Source: Octopus vulgaris (Eukaryota). Taken from it: 64,000 bases of DNA. The position numbers were made by a program, and so were the translations under genes. Under the pieces are notes generated by a model that was not told the DNA's origin, did no database searches, and saw only the letters and a program-made list of their open reading frames with translations. This document shows positions 38,800-50,700 of the stretch, one piece after another. The stretch is from the NCBI GenBank assembly GCA_951406725.2, contig OX597820.1:116126001-116190000 (forward strand), read 5' to 3'. Position 1 is the stretch's first letter. Each line of letters begins with the position of its first letter.

Positions 38800-41268
38800 G
38801 ATAGTTCCACGTAAAAAGCACCTGTGCTGGTGCCACATAAAAGGCACCTGTGATGGTGCCATCTAAAAAGCACCTGTGGTGGTGCCAAATAAAAAGCACC
38901 TGTGCTGGTACCATGTAAAAAACACCTGTGTTGCCCCCCCCCCCCCCAAAAGCACCTGTGCTGGTTCCACATAAAAAGCACCTGTGCTGGTTCCACATAA
39001 AAAGCACCTGTGCTGGTTCCACATAAAAAGCACCTGTGCTGGTTCCACATAAAAAGCACCTGTGCTGGTAGCACATAAAAAGCACCTGTGCTGGTAGCAC
39101 ATAAAAAGCACCTGTGCTGGTTCCACATAAAAAGCACCTGTGCTGGTAGCACATAAAAAGCACCTGTGCTGGTTCCACATAAAAAGCACCTGTGCTGGTT
39201 CCACATAAAAAGCACCTGTGCTGGTGCCACGTAAAAAGCACCTGTGCTGGTAGCACATAAAAAGCACCTGTGCTGGTTCCACATAAAAAGCACCTGTGCT
39301 GGTAGCACATAAAAAGCACCTGTGCTGGTAGCACATAAAAAGCACCTGTGCTGGTTCCACATAAAAAGCACCTGTGCTGGTAGCACATAAAAAGCACCTG
39401 TGCTGGTTCCACATAAATAGCACCTGTGCTGGTAGCACATAAAAAGCACCTGTGCTGGTAGCACATAAAAAGCACCTGTGCTGGTTCCACATAAAAAGCA
39501 CCTGTGCTGGTAGCACATAAAAAGCACCTGTGCTGGTTCCACATAAAAGCACCTGTGCTGGTAGCACATAAAAAGCACCTGTGCTGGTTCCACATAAAAA
39601 GCACCTGTGCTGGTAGCACATCCAAAAGCACCTGTGCTGGTAGCACATAAAAAGCACCTGTGCTGGTTCCACATAAAAAGCACCTGTGCTGGTAGCACAT
39701 AAAAAGCACCTGTGCTGGTTAGCATAAAAAGCACCTGTGCTGGTTCCACATAAAAAGCACCTGTGCTGGTAGCACATAAAAAGCACCTGTGCTGGTTCCA
39801 CATAAAAAGCACCTGTGCTGGTAGCACATAAAAAGCACCTGTGCTGGTAGCACATAAAAAGCACCTGTGCTGGTGCCACGTAAAAAGCACCTGTGCTGGT
39901 AGCACATAAAAAGCACCTGTGCTGGTTCCACATAAAAAGCACCTGTGCTGGTAGCACATAAAAAGCACCTGTGCTGGTGGCACATAAAAAGCACCTGTGC
40001 TGGTGGCACATAAAAAGCACCTGTGCTGGTAGCACATAAAAAGCACCTGTGCTGGTTCCACATAAAAAGCACCTGTGCTGGTAGCACATAAAAAGCACCT
40101 GTGCTGGTAGCACATAAAAAGCACCTGTGCTGGTTCCACATAAAAAGCACCTGTGCTGGTAGCACATAAAAAGCACCTGTGCTGGTTCCACATAAAAAGC
40201 ACCTGTGCTGGTAGCACATAAAAAGCACCTGTGCTGGTAGCACATAAAAAGCACCTGTGCTGGTAGCACATAAAAAGCACCTGTGCTGGTAGCACATAAA
40301 AAGCACCTGTGCTGGTTCCACATAAAAAGCACCTGTGCTGGTAGCACATAAAAAGCACCTGTGCTGGTTCCACATAAAAAGCACCTGTGCTGGTAGCACA
40401 TAAAAAGCACCTGTGCTGGTAGCACATAAAAAGCACCTGTGCTGGTTCCACATAAAAAGCACCTGTGCTGGTAGCACATAAAAAGCACCTGTGCTGGTTC
40501 CACATAAAAAGCACCTGTGCTGGTTCCACATAAAAAGCACCTGTGCTGGTGCCACTTAAAAAGCACCTGTGCTGGTTCCACATAAAAAGCACCTGTGCTG
40601 GTTCCACATAAAAAGCACCTGTGCTGGTAGCACATAAAAAGCACCTGTGCTGGTTCCACATAAAAAGCACCTGTGCTGGTTCCACATAAAAAGCACCTGT
40701 GCTGGTAGCACATAAAAAGCACCTGTGCTGGTTCCACATAAAAAGCACCTGTGCTGGTTCCACATAAAAAGCACCTGTGCTGGTGCCACGTAAAAAGCAC
40801 CTGTGCTGGTAACACATAAAAAGCACCTGTGCTGGTTCCACATAAAAAGCACCTGTGCTGGTGCCACGTAAAAAGCACCTGTGCTGGTAGCACATAAAAA
40901 GCACCTGTGCTGGTAGCACATAAAAAGCACCTGTGCTGGTAGCACGTAAAAAGCACCTGTGCTGGTACCACGTAAAAAGCACCTGTGCTGGTTCCACATA
41001 AAAAGCACCTGTGCTGGTTCCACATAAAAAGCACCTGTGCTGGTTCCACATAAAAAGCACCTGTGGTGGTTCCACATAAAAAGCACCTGTGCTGGTAGCA
41101 CATAAAAGCACATGCGCTGGTGCCATGTAAAAAGCACCTGTGCTGGTACCACGTAAAAAGCACCTGTGCTGGTACCACGTAAAAAGCACCTGTGCTGGTA
41201 GCACATAAAAGCACATGCGCTGGTGCCATGTAAAAAGCACCTGTGCTGGTACCATGTAAAAAACACCT
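38800..41268. repeat. 26-bp minisatellite, roughly 95 copies
   Basis: Unit GCACCTGTGCTGGT(TC/AG)CACATAAAAA; explains the 835-aa and 879-aa periodic ORFs (26-aa period = 3 units). Confidence 0.97.
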
Positions 41269-41450
41269 ACTACTCACTGTAAAGTGGTTGGCATGAGGAA
41301 GTGCATCCAGTTGTAGAAATCTTGCCAAAACAGACAATTGGTGCCTGGTGTAGTTCTCTGGATTGCCAGCTCCTGCCAAACCATCCAACCTATGCCAGCA
41401 TGGAGAACAGATGTTAAATGATGATGATGATGATGATGATGACGGTGATG
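41268..41450 (+). mobile_element. Short retroposon family C core directly after the 26-bp array
   Basis: AGTGGTTGGCATGAGGAAGTGCATCCAGTTGTAGAAA...CCAGCATGGAGAACAGATGTTAAA(TGA)n. Confidence 0.8.
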
Positions 41451-41767
41451 ATTTCACTCCAAAAGTTTGCAAATAGTGATGAATGGATTTTGAAAAATGC
41501 AACTGATTGACTGATTAACCGCATGATTAACCAAACAATTGATATAATCAATTGGTTAAGTAGTTAACCAATTGACAAATAATAAAGAAGTGAAATATAA
41601 CCAGTGCATGTGTTTGTTAATGACATAATGACTCTTCTGAAACCCAGTAAAAGTAATGACAGACTATTTGAAATGTGAAGCTGTTTGGTAGTGCATCATG
41701 AGCTGTTAAAGTAGATGTTAATCTTTGAGAAAGTTAAAGAAAACTGAGATGTGATAATTAATTAGAC

Positions 41768-41996
41768 TTAACCCTTTCATTACCGTATTTATTTTGAGAT
41801 GCTCTGTGTTCCTTTCAATTATTTTAAATATAACAAAGAATTTAGTAACATAACTTAGTCATCATTAAGCTAGCGTTGGGAACATAACTTGGGACTAAGT
41901 TTTGGTGGAAGATTTTAATTCAAAACTTATGAAAACAAAACATTTGTACTACAGATCCACAGCCGGTTTCAGCCGGGTTGGTAACGAAAGGGTTAA
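41768..41996. mobile_element. piggyBac-type MITE (opposite orientation to 34668)
   Basis: TTAA-CCCTTTC / GAAAGGG-TTAA ends; a further copy at 44101-44322. Confidence 0.85.
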
Positions 41997-42425
41997 GGCA
42001 TAAGCGGATATTTGTAGTAGATATAACGAAAACATGTAATGCATTATATCATAACATCTTATGAAGTATAGTGGATGGGAACTTCCAGACATCATTAGCA
42101 TCATTATCATCATTGGAGTATACAGGGTACTTTTTATATAGCACCAGTACCTACAGGGTCACCAAGTACTTTGCAAATCAAAAAATTCCTTGACTGGAAG
42201 GTGGGAGATTGCAAATGACTAATGTACAAATGTATTCTGGGAGTTAAGGGTTGAGGACAAGACATTAAAAATTCAGCGCATAAATATTTATGACATGTAT
42301 GGAAGAAATATATTGCTAAATTTGGAGTAAATGCATGAAAGAAATAGTTGAGTAGGGAGAAGTAGTAAGTCAAATAAGCTGAGTCAGGGTGATAGGTGGG
42401 AAGCGGTAGTTGTTATTCTTATTTC

Positions 42426-42660
42426 TTCATCATCATCATCATCATCATCATTGTTTAACGTCCGCTTTCCATGCTAGCATGGGTTGGACGATTTGACTCC
42501 AATCTGGTCTGGCAGAGTTTCTACAGCTGGATGCCCTTCCTAATGTCAACCACTCCGAGAGTGTAGTGGGTGCTTTTACGTGCCACTGGCACGAGGGCCA
42601 GTCAGGTGGTACTGGCAACGGCCACGCTCAAATGGTGTTTTTTATGTGCCACCTGCACAT
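42426..42660 (-). mobile_element. Short retroposon family C
   Basis: (CAT)n tail, core and two head units. Confidence 0.8.
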
Positions 42661-43068
42661 TAAAAGTTTGTTATTGTTTCTAAATTCTAACCAGCTTGGA
42701 TAAGTTTATCTGTTTAGTTTTACAAAAGGGTTCATGAAAGAACAAAGATATCATAAGATTGAGAGGACCCTTAGGTTTTGTCTTCACAAACTCAATTCAG
42801 TCTTTAGAGACATCAGAAGATGGCAATGAGCTCTTTAACTTTACATGATGCAAAAAAACATAAGTATTTTAAGTTTATTAAATGTTTCTTTTATTTCTGT
42901 ATTGTTTTACCTTCATTTTATTTCATTCCTGCTTGAATATATCCCTAATTTATTTCAATGAAATGAAGTATTACCTTTCGATTTTGGATTTGGTTTGCAA
43001 GATTCTTTATACCAGTTTGTGTGTTATTTTAGGAAAATGAAAATAAGAAATCAGAAATATTAAATTTC

Positions 43069-43380
43069 TAAATCTCTTGTAGAGACATGTACGGTGGTGG
43101 GGCGATAGAATGGTTGTATACTGTCAATCTAACACGAATGTGACAGTAGGGGGGGGGGGTACACCACCACTGTTTAGCCCTAGGAAGCATCGACGCCTCC
43201 TGATGGCTTTGACACATTTTTCCTGTGTCCTTATATACATTTACAAAGGGGAGACAAATACCCCCAGCCGCCCGGGCTGCATCTAGGGACACGTGTTTCA
43301 GGATGATTGTCCTTCGTCGGCCTAGAGTAGCAGACACCGGTCAGCTGACGATATCTGTCTCGACTCGTAATGTATATATC
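43069..43380 (-). mobile_element. Solo Penelope-like pseudo-LTR element with hammerhead
   Basis: 8-bp direct repeat TAAATTTC at 43061-43068 and 43381-43388; hairpin series homologous to the 24.7-kb and 54.1-kb elements. Confidence 0.7.
43283..43325 (-). ncRNA. Minimal type-I hammerhead ribozyme (CCGACGA core)
   Basis: Minus strand CTAGG CCGACGA AGGA-caatca-TCCT GAAA CACGTG TC CCTAG; all three stems perfect, GUC site, U4>C. Confidence 0.8.
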
Positions 43381-43800
43381 TAAATTTCAGTGAAGTCTAT
43401 TCACTGATTATCAAAATAAGAAAAAAAGTGGAAATTTTACCGGTGAGTATGTTACATCATAAGGCACAAAAAGAAAATGACTCTCCCCAAAATACAACAA
43501 AAGTATTAACTATTCCAAGCATAAAACAACAGCTCATGCCCCAATGTCATGATAAAATGCATTAGATATACTTTGTAAAGTAGTTGTTTTAGGAAAGGCA
43601 TCTTTCCATAAGAATAATGCCAATATATATGTTGTATGTGCAATACATGGCCCCTTAACTCCACCTAGTGCGACTGCAACTCTGAATAACAACTAACTCT
43701 GACCGTAAGGACCTGCCCTGTTCATGAAGAGTGGATGTAAAATGATAATGGTGATGATAAAAAAGAATGGCTTTGACGGAGACTGCTTAAAAGGCCTTAC

Positions 43801-43968
43801 CCTTGAAGGACCATATGTTAAATGGTCATGGAGTAGAAAGGGTCGTTTTTTGAAGATATCATCAAATGCGTAACTATATCTTATTCCATCCGGGTTGCTG
43901 AATTCTTCTTGAGTCTCACTCATTTCATATTTCATTGTTAAAGGTCTTCTCCATCCTCCAGCACCAAG
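43801..43968 (-). CDS. SAXO3: SAXO3-like gene, internal exon
   Basis: Acceptor TTCCTTTAAAG, donor AGG/GTAAGG; 168 nt, phase 0-0; LGAGGWRRPLTMKYEMSETQEEFSNPDGIRYSYAFDDIFKKRPFLLHDHLTYGPSR. Confidence 0.85.
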
Positions 43969-44775
43969 CTTTAAAGGAATATTCAAATAAATATGACATT
44001 TAATTGAACACAACATACAGTATTAGATGCACTTTTTTTCCAAAAAATGTCTATAAAGACCCACCTTATCTTATATGCAAAGTTGGACCTCCCATAAGAC
44101 CTCCCTTTTGTTACTGTATTTATTTTGAGATTCTCTGTGTTTCTTGCAATTAATTTTAAATATAACAAAGAATTAAGTAAAACAAATTAGTTATCATTCA
44201 GCGAGTGTTAGGAACATAAATTGTGACTAAAGTTTGATGGAAGATTTTAATTCAAAATTTATGAAAACAAGACATTTGTACTGCAGAGCCGGTTTCAGTC
44301 AGGTGGGTATCAAAAGGGTTAATGCACTAAAAACATTGTTTCTTGAATATGTGCTGCTGGAATTCGGGGCTGGTAGGTGCCTAATATTCTAGTGCATCTT
44401 TTAACATTGAAGAGTTACATCATCACTTTTCGAAATACAATCCATGGTGTCTGATTATATTGTGAGTTTTCTCTTGTAAATCAATTTTTGTGAATCCGTG
44501 GATAGATTAAGAATTCATGTTGTTTATGAATATGAATTCTGTTGTGGAACCAATGCATCCCAGACAGCATAAATAAGCTACCGAAAATGGCAAAATTTTG
44601 TTGATAATTTTGGTGCATACTTTGGTTGACTGCATTGCTTTTTGTTGAGATAAAGTAAAATAAACTTTCAGTTCAAAATTGGACATTTCTTTCTTAATGA
44701 CCTGATATAACAGTATATTTTGTTGAATTTTCAAGAAAATGCTTAAATACCAACATTTTTTTTGTATACAAGATA

Positions 44776-44932
44776 AGGAGTGGCTGTGTGGTAAGTAGCT
44801 TGTTTACCAACCACATGGTTCCGTGTTCAGTCTCACTGCGTGGAACCTTGGGCAAGTGTCTTCTACTATAGCCTTGGGTCAACCAAAGCCTTGTGAGTGG
44901 ATTTGGTAGACGGAAACTGAAAGAAGCCCGTC

Positions 44933-44973
<41 letters not shown>

Positions 44974-45193
44974 TGTGTGTGTTTGTGTGTCTGTGTTTGT
45001 CCCCCTAGCATTGCTTGACAACCAATGTTGGTGTGTTTATGTCCCTGTTACTTAGCGGTTCGGCGAAAGAGACCGATAGAATAAGTACTGGGCTTACAAA
45101 AGAATAAGTCCCAGGGTCGAGTTGCTCGATTAAAGGCAGTGCTCCAGCATGGCCACAGTCAAATGACTGAAACTAATAAAAGAGTAAAAGAGT
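44776..45193 (+). mobile_element. SINE family A
   Basis: Full-length copy. Confidence 0.9.
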
Positions 45194-45795
45194 AATTCCA
45201 TATTTAGAAATAAGCATATCATTGTTTTTTCTCATTGTTTTAATTTTTTTTGTAATGTTCGCTTTTCTCTGCTTACATGGGCCACATGGACTTTATTGGG
45301 GCAGATTTTCTCTGGCCGGGATGCCCTTCCTGTCACCATCCCTCACCTGTTTCCAAACAAGGTAATATATCTCTTCGTGGTCAGGCATGTTTTAGCCGTA
45401 TTCTGGAAATGAATGGCATTCATTTACAACAATCCCATGGTGTCAAGACAAGGAAACACAAACATGTGGACCCCACCCCATGTATGTATTAGTGTCAGGC
45501 TTCTCTTTCAGTCTTGAGGTTTTGGCTGGTTTGCGGCTACAGTAGAAAACACTTGCCCAAGGTGTCATGCAGTGGAACTGAACTTGAAATCATGTAATTG
45601 GGAAGCCGGCCTGTTTACATAAGCACATCTGTTTCCAAAATATGTCCATTGAATGGATGATCTTATGCCAAATATCTTCTGAGATTGTATTTTACATTCT
45701 TATGCAGCGTGTGTGTGTGGAGGGGAGGGGGTCAATAAAGAAAACAAATATCTGTAATATATGCTAATGTCAATTCCGTTAACCCTACTCGCTCA

Positions 45796-46025
45796 TGGCG
45801 GTGAGCTGGCAGAAACGTTAGCACACTGGGCAAAATGCTTTGTGGTATTTCGTCTGCCGCTGCGGTCTGAGTTCAAATTCCGCCGAGGTCGACTTTGCCT
45901 TTCATCCATTCGGGGTCGATAAATTAAGTACCAGTTACGCACAGGGGTCGATGCAATCGACTTAATCCGTTTGTCTGTCCTTGTTTGTCCCCTCTATGTT
46001 TAGCCCCTTGTGGACAACAAAGAAA
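45796..46025 (+). mobile_element. SINE family B
   Basis: Full-length copy like 29602-29835. Confidence 0.8.
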
Positions 46026-46168
46026 AAAACTCTACTCACTCACTTTTACTTAATAACCTTTTACTTAAAGAATCAATCATTCAATTTTAAATACATTTGT
46101 TATTTAATAAAATAAAAAAAAAGAATAAACGGAGATGAAATGTTGACAGGAATAAAATCAATACAAAC

Positions 46169-46357
46169 CTTTTCTGAGAGGTCTTTTATGAATTTAGTGT
46201 TGTTTAAAGATGGTGCTCTCAGATAGGCTGGATGAAGATAATCTTGGGAGATAAATTTTTCATTATGAACAATTCCTGTTGTCGTAGGATGTGTGTTGCT
46301 TCTGATTATCATGTCTGGCAACATTAAGCCCGGAGGAAGAGGATTAGTTATGCTTGC
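46169..46357 (-). CDS. SAXO3: SAXO3-like gene, most 5' confidently placed coding exon
   Basis: Acceptor TCTCTCTTAAG, donor AAG/GTTTGT; 189 nt, phase 0-0; ASITNPLPPGLMLPDMIIRSNTHPTTTGIVHNEKFISQDYLHPAYLRAPSLNNTKFIKDLSEK. Confidence 0.8.
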
Positions 46358-46749
46358 CTTAAGAGAGATATACAATAGATTATTAATTTATGCATGGTTC
46401 TTGACATAATTAAAATCAACAAATAGTTTTTTAAAATTTATTTTTAATATGAAGTCATGACAACATGTACATACAAAAATGGCAAAGAGGATAAAATAAT
46501 AGACAAACCACATCCACATTTTGTCAATAAATATAGCAAATATGTGATGCAACTCTATATGGCTTCACATTGCTGTTAAAAAGAGTTTGTGTTGCAGAAA
46601 TATACAATCCTAACAGATAAATGTAATGTTTTCCTTTGTGTTATGAAATACTGAGCTAAGATCTAAGTTTATCTAGATCATCATTTTATACAGTGACATC
46701 ATATACAGTAACATGCATGCATGCATTTATACATACCTACATACATACA

Positions 46750-47330
46750 GGTGTTAACACTGAAGATATCACCCACATCATAAGCAGTTATCTGAAAATG
46801 TCATCACGGTATTATCTACCGATGAGACATGATGTTGTAGCTAGAACACAGTATAATGAGATCTATCGAAAGGATAACCCCAAAAACAAAGAAATAAGAA
46901 CCCACAGTATGGTAGAAGCCGTAGCCACTCATAATCAAAAGGAATACTGGTGGAATGTCCCGTGAAGACCTCAATAAAATGTAAGCACAACATACCTGAT
47001 ATAATGATTAGGGATAGAGAAGAGAAATTGTGTACAGTTGTGGAAATTAGCTTCCCAGTGGGTGTTAACATAAAGCTGAAGATCAGTGAAAAAGAGAAAA
47101 CCTATGCTGAACTTTTGAGAAATTTGCAGCTACTCTATCAAGATTACAAGTTCAGGTTTATACCTGTAATTATTGGGGCCCTGGGATGTGTAATACACCG
47201 CTTAAATACTAATCTTGAGAAATTAGGCTTCTCAAAACTAGAGAGGAGAAAGCTAATTCAAAGACTTACAGATCCAATCCATCACAAGAACGGTAAAAAT
47301 CTGTAAAAAAACTTTCCAGAAGTTGAACCT
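46750..47330 (+). mobile_element. R4/Dong-like non-LTR retrotransposon 3' fragment
   Basis: EDITHIISS...RHDVVA and KHNIPDIMIRD..CTVVEISFP..YAELL..IPVIIGALG (PD..E restriction-like endonuclease), frameshifted. Confidence 0.85.
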
Positions 47331-47484
47331 GAACTTTGGTTACATGTTCTGTTTCACAGTACATATATACATTCTATACATACATACATATTGATGTGAG
47401 GGGGTGCTGAAAAGTTCCTGGCTTTGGGTAAAAGAAAATACAGAAGTTCATTATGATTTTATTCAACAGATTCCCTTCACTATG

Positions 47485-47830
47485 AAGGTGCATGGCACAG
47501 TGGTCAAATCATTAGGCTCACAATCATGAGACAGTGAGTTCGATTCCTGGATGGAGCTGTGTGTTGTATCCTAGAGCAAGACACTTTATTTCACGTTGCT
47601 TCAGTTTACTCAGCTGTATGAATGAGTTGTGATGTTACTGGTACCAAGCCGTATTGGATCCTTTGCCTTTCCCTTGAATAACATTGGTGACATGGAGAGG
47701 GGAGGCTCGTAGCCATGGGCGACTGCTGGTCTTCCATAAACAACCTTGCCCAGACTTGTGCCTCAGAGGGGAACTTTTCTAGGAGTAACCCCATGGCCAT
47801 TCATGACTGAAGGGTTTTTCTTACTCTTTA
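47485..47830 (+). mobile_element. tRNA-derived SINE, family D
   Basis: TGGCACAGTGG and GAGTTCGATTCC boxes; homologous to 17176-17515. Confidence 0.8.
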
Positions 47831-48119
47831 CCCTATTCCCTCCTCAGATTCACACACTTATTGCAGCGGCCCTTCAGTTTTCCAAAGCCCTGTTAGAGAA
47901 CTCGAAAGGCTGCACCTCCAGCCTGACCTTTTGGGATACCCTTAAAGCCAGAACACCTTCAGCATCCCCTTGTGTGTATGTGTGTGTATGTTAGTATCAA
48001 TCTAAAAGAATGAGCGTTCAACAATGGCATTGGTGGATAAATAATGGTGATGATGACTACAATGATGATGATGATAGTGTTGGTGGAGATGATGATGGCG
48101 TTGATAAAGAGGATGTTGA

Positions 48120-48690
48120 CGAAAATATTAGAAATAGCAGCCAAATTGATCACTATTTCTCCTCCTAATAAAAAAGTCTCCACAAACAAACAGAATTTGT
48201 AACCCATATTTTGGAGGGAGATATGAATTCGCATGTCTATATAAATGTAGGGATGCTAGTAGTCTGTTAGATCGTTCGATGTCGCTGGTCGAGCTGGTGT
48301 AACAGGTGAGTTTTTTTCCCTAGCATTTCTAGATTTATAGGAAATATTATATTGACAAGGAAATGAGCCTTCGGTTCTAATCCAGAAACAATTCGTCTAT
48401 AATTAATCCATAGGCTGGGATTTCGTTATTTTCTTTCTTTTTACCATATACGGGTTACAAATTCTGTTTGTTTGAGGAGACTTTTTTATTAGTAGAAGAA
48501 ATAGTGATCAATTTGGCTGCTATTTCTAATATTTTCGGTATGTGGTTTTGAGCAACTTGTTGCAATTAACGCTTTATCATAATTAATATAATTCTTACCA
48601 AATATGGTCTTTTCCATACTGATAAATCTACTAGGTGAAATTTATTAATTTTATTAAATTAATTATATTTCACCCTTTTTTGTATATTAC
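48120..48690 (+). mobile_element. Penelope-like element with partial 5' inversion
   Basis: Arms about 48120-48210 and 48445-48537 are inverted; spacer has a TATA box (about 48238), donor CAG/GTGAGT (48303-48311) and a hammerhead-like fold. Confidence 0.65.
48346..48403 (+). ncRNA. Hammerhead-like motif with U3:A8 core variant
   Basis: ATTATA TTGACAA GGA-(19 nt with hairpin)-TCC a GAAA C-aattc-G TC TATAAT; 6-bp stem I, GUC site after 48397. Confidence 0.55.
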
Positions 48691-48928
48691 ATATATATAT
48701 ATACATATATATACATATACACATATATATATATATATATATACATATAATACAGAATAAGAAAATGGAGGAATAGATTTCTTTCAATCATCAACTTCCA
48801 GATAATACCAATTCATATGATTTATTAACTAATTATTTAGATTAAATAGGAACATCCAAATCCAACAGAATAAGACAATATACATCAATAAGTAAGATTA
48901 TACCATAAGAATAATACATATAAAATGT

Positions 48929-49056
48929 ATCTTACAGCTGTTTCAGCCTGTAGATAAGAGTATCTCATTATGCCCATATTAGTCAGATGTATTGAGGTAA
49001 TATTCAGTTAAAAATGAGTTACTTATATATATATATCTCAAGGCCTCGTCAGAGAT
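48929..49056 (-). ncRNA. Type-I hammerhead ribozyme with extended stem II (left arm)
   Basis: ATCT CTGACGA GGCCT-(91 nt)-AGGCT GAAA CAGCTG TA AGAT. Confidence 0.8.
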
Positions 49057-49793
49057 TATAAAGTACAATTATAAAGATATAAAATGCAAATATGAATATT
49101 AAACAAGGTACACATATACAAGAATATGCATATATACATACATATAAGTGTATATACACCTACATATACATATATATAAGTATATACATAATAATATACA
49201 TACACATAAGGTTACAGTTAATCAGATCTATATACTGGAATATACATATATATCCACATTAAAGTGTACATATACAAAGTCCAAAGTTCATTGTATTACA
49301 TTACTAAAAACTATTAATATTATTATTATTATTATTAATAATACCAATAAAGGAATATGTGCATTCTGCTATTCACAATACATAGTAGATGGAAAATACC
49401 ACATAAAATATAGTATAATATAATATTGTGACATTTTATATTGTTTTGCATTATTTTATTTTATTGAATTAATTTACTGGCATCTCCCATATGCATCTGT
49501 CTATATATTATGTTACACTATATTATATATTGTATATTTAATATAATATATTTATTATGTTGTGTTACACTGTATTCACTTTGGACTTTGTATATGTACA
49601 CTTTCATGTGGATATATATATGCATATTCCAGTATATAGATCTGATTAACTGTAACCTTATGTGTATGTATATTATTATGTATATACTTATATATATGTA
49701 GGTGTATATACACTTATATGTATATGTATATATGCATATTCTTGTATATGTGTACCTTGTTTAATATTCGTATCTTTATAATTGTACTTTATA

Positions 49794-49921
49794 ATCTCTG
49801 ATGAGGCCTTGAGATATATATATATAAGTAACTCATTTTTAACTGCATATTACCTCAATACATGTGACTAATATGGGCATAATGAGATACTCTTATCTAC
49901 AGGCTGAAACAGCTGTAAGAT
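49794..49921 (+). ncRNA. Type-I hammerhead ribozyme with extended stem II (right arm)
   Basis: ATCT CTGATGA GGCCT-(91 nt)-AGGCT GAAA CAGCTG TA AGAT; predicted GUA cleavage after 49917. Confidence 0.8.
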
Positions 49922-50654
49922 CCATTTTATATATATTATTCTTATGGTATTATCTTAGTTATTGATGTATATTGTTTTATTCTGTCTTATTCTGTTGGAT
50001 TTGGATGTTCCTATTTAATCTAAATAATTAGTTAATAAATCATATGAATTGGTATTATCTGGAAGTTGATGATTGAAAGAAATCTATTCCTCCATTTTCT
50101 TATTTTGTATTATGAATTTGAGGTAAAACATTTTACCTTCACCCATATAATACAATAAATGAATTAATTGCATTGCAATTCTTAGCATTTATGTATTAGC
50201 CTTTCTGGGTACTTTACTGGCAATATATTGGATAAATGATATCCCATAGTGGGTTACACTCATAACCCCTATCTCACTTTGTACTTTATATACATATATA
50301 TATATATATTATGTAATACCAGCAGAAAACCTCCAGAAGGACAGTGTTTCTGCTAGTTTGTGTATATTGGAATGAAACTCGAAAGGAAAAAAGTTGTATA
50401 TGATTGTGATATGATAAATAGATATATGTAGCAATTTTCACAAATATTTTTAAAGCATCTCAAAGAAAAACTTCGTAATTTATTTTAAAATAAAGCAATT
50501 GAATAGAGGTGGTACAAGGAGAGGAAGGGAGAAAGAGAGAGAGAGAGAGAGAGTTGTAAGGAAAGAAACTGAAATAGAGTGTGCGAGTAAAGATGAAAAG
50601 TAGTAAAGGAAATAACAAGGAAGAAATGCAAATGAAGTGTGTGTGTGTGTGTGT

Positions 50655-50700
<46 letters not shown>

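Larger units (their letters stand above)
48746..50143. mobile_element. Large Penelope-like fold-back element (arms of about 550 bp)
   Basis: 48746-49295 is inverted at about 49570-50113; CATATAATACA at 48744-48754 and 50144-50154 is a candidate TSD; hammerhead in each arm. Confidence 0.8.

Noticed and set aside
38800-41268. CRISPR-like array
   Set aside because: No unique spacers (only about 2 variable nt per unit), eukaryotic context and no cas genes.
38748-41502. 835-aa and 879-aa ORFs as repeat proteins
   Set aside because: They arise from a 26-bp unit that is stop-free on the minus strand; all three frames give the same permuted peptide, and the array lies in an intron.
44340-44730. Additional exon of the minus-strand gene
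   Set aside because: Neighbouring exons already join in phase; ILPFSVAYLC looks more like a decayed hAT transposase C-terminus, too weak to list.
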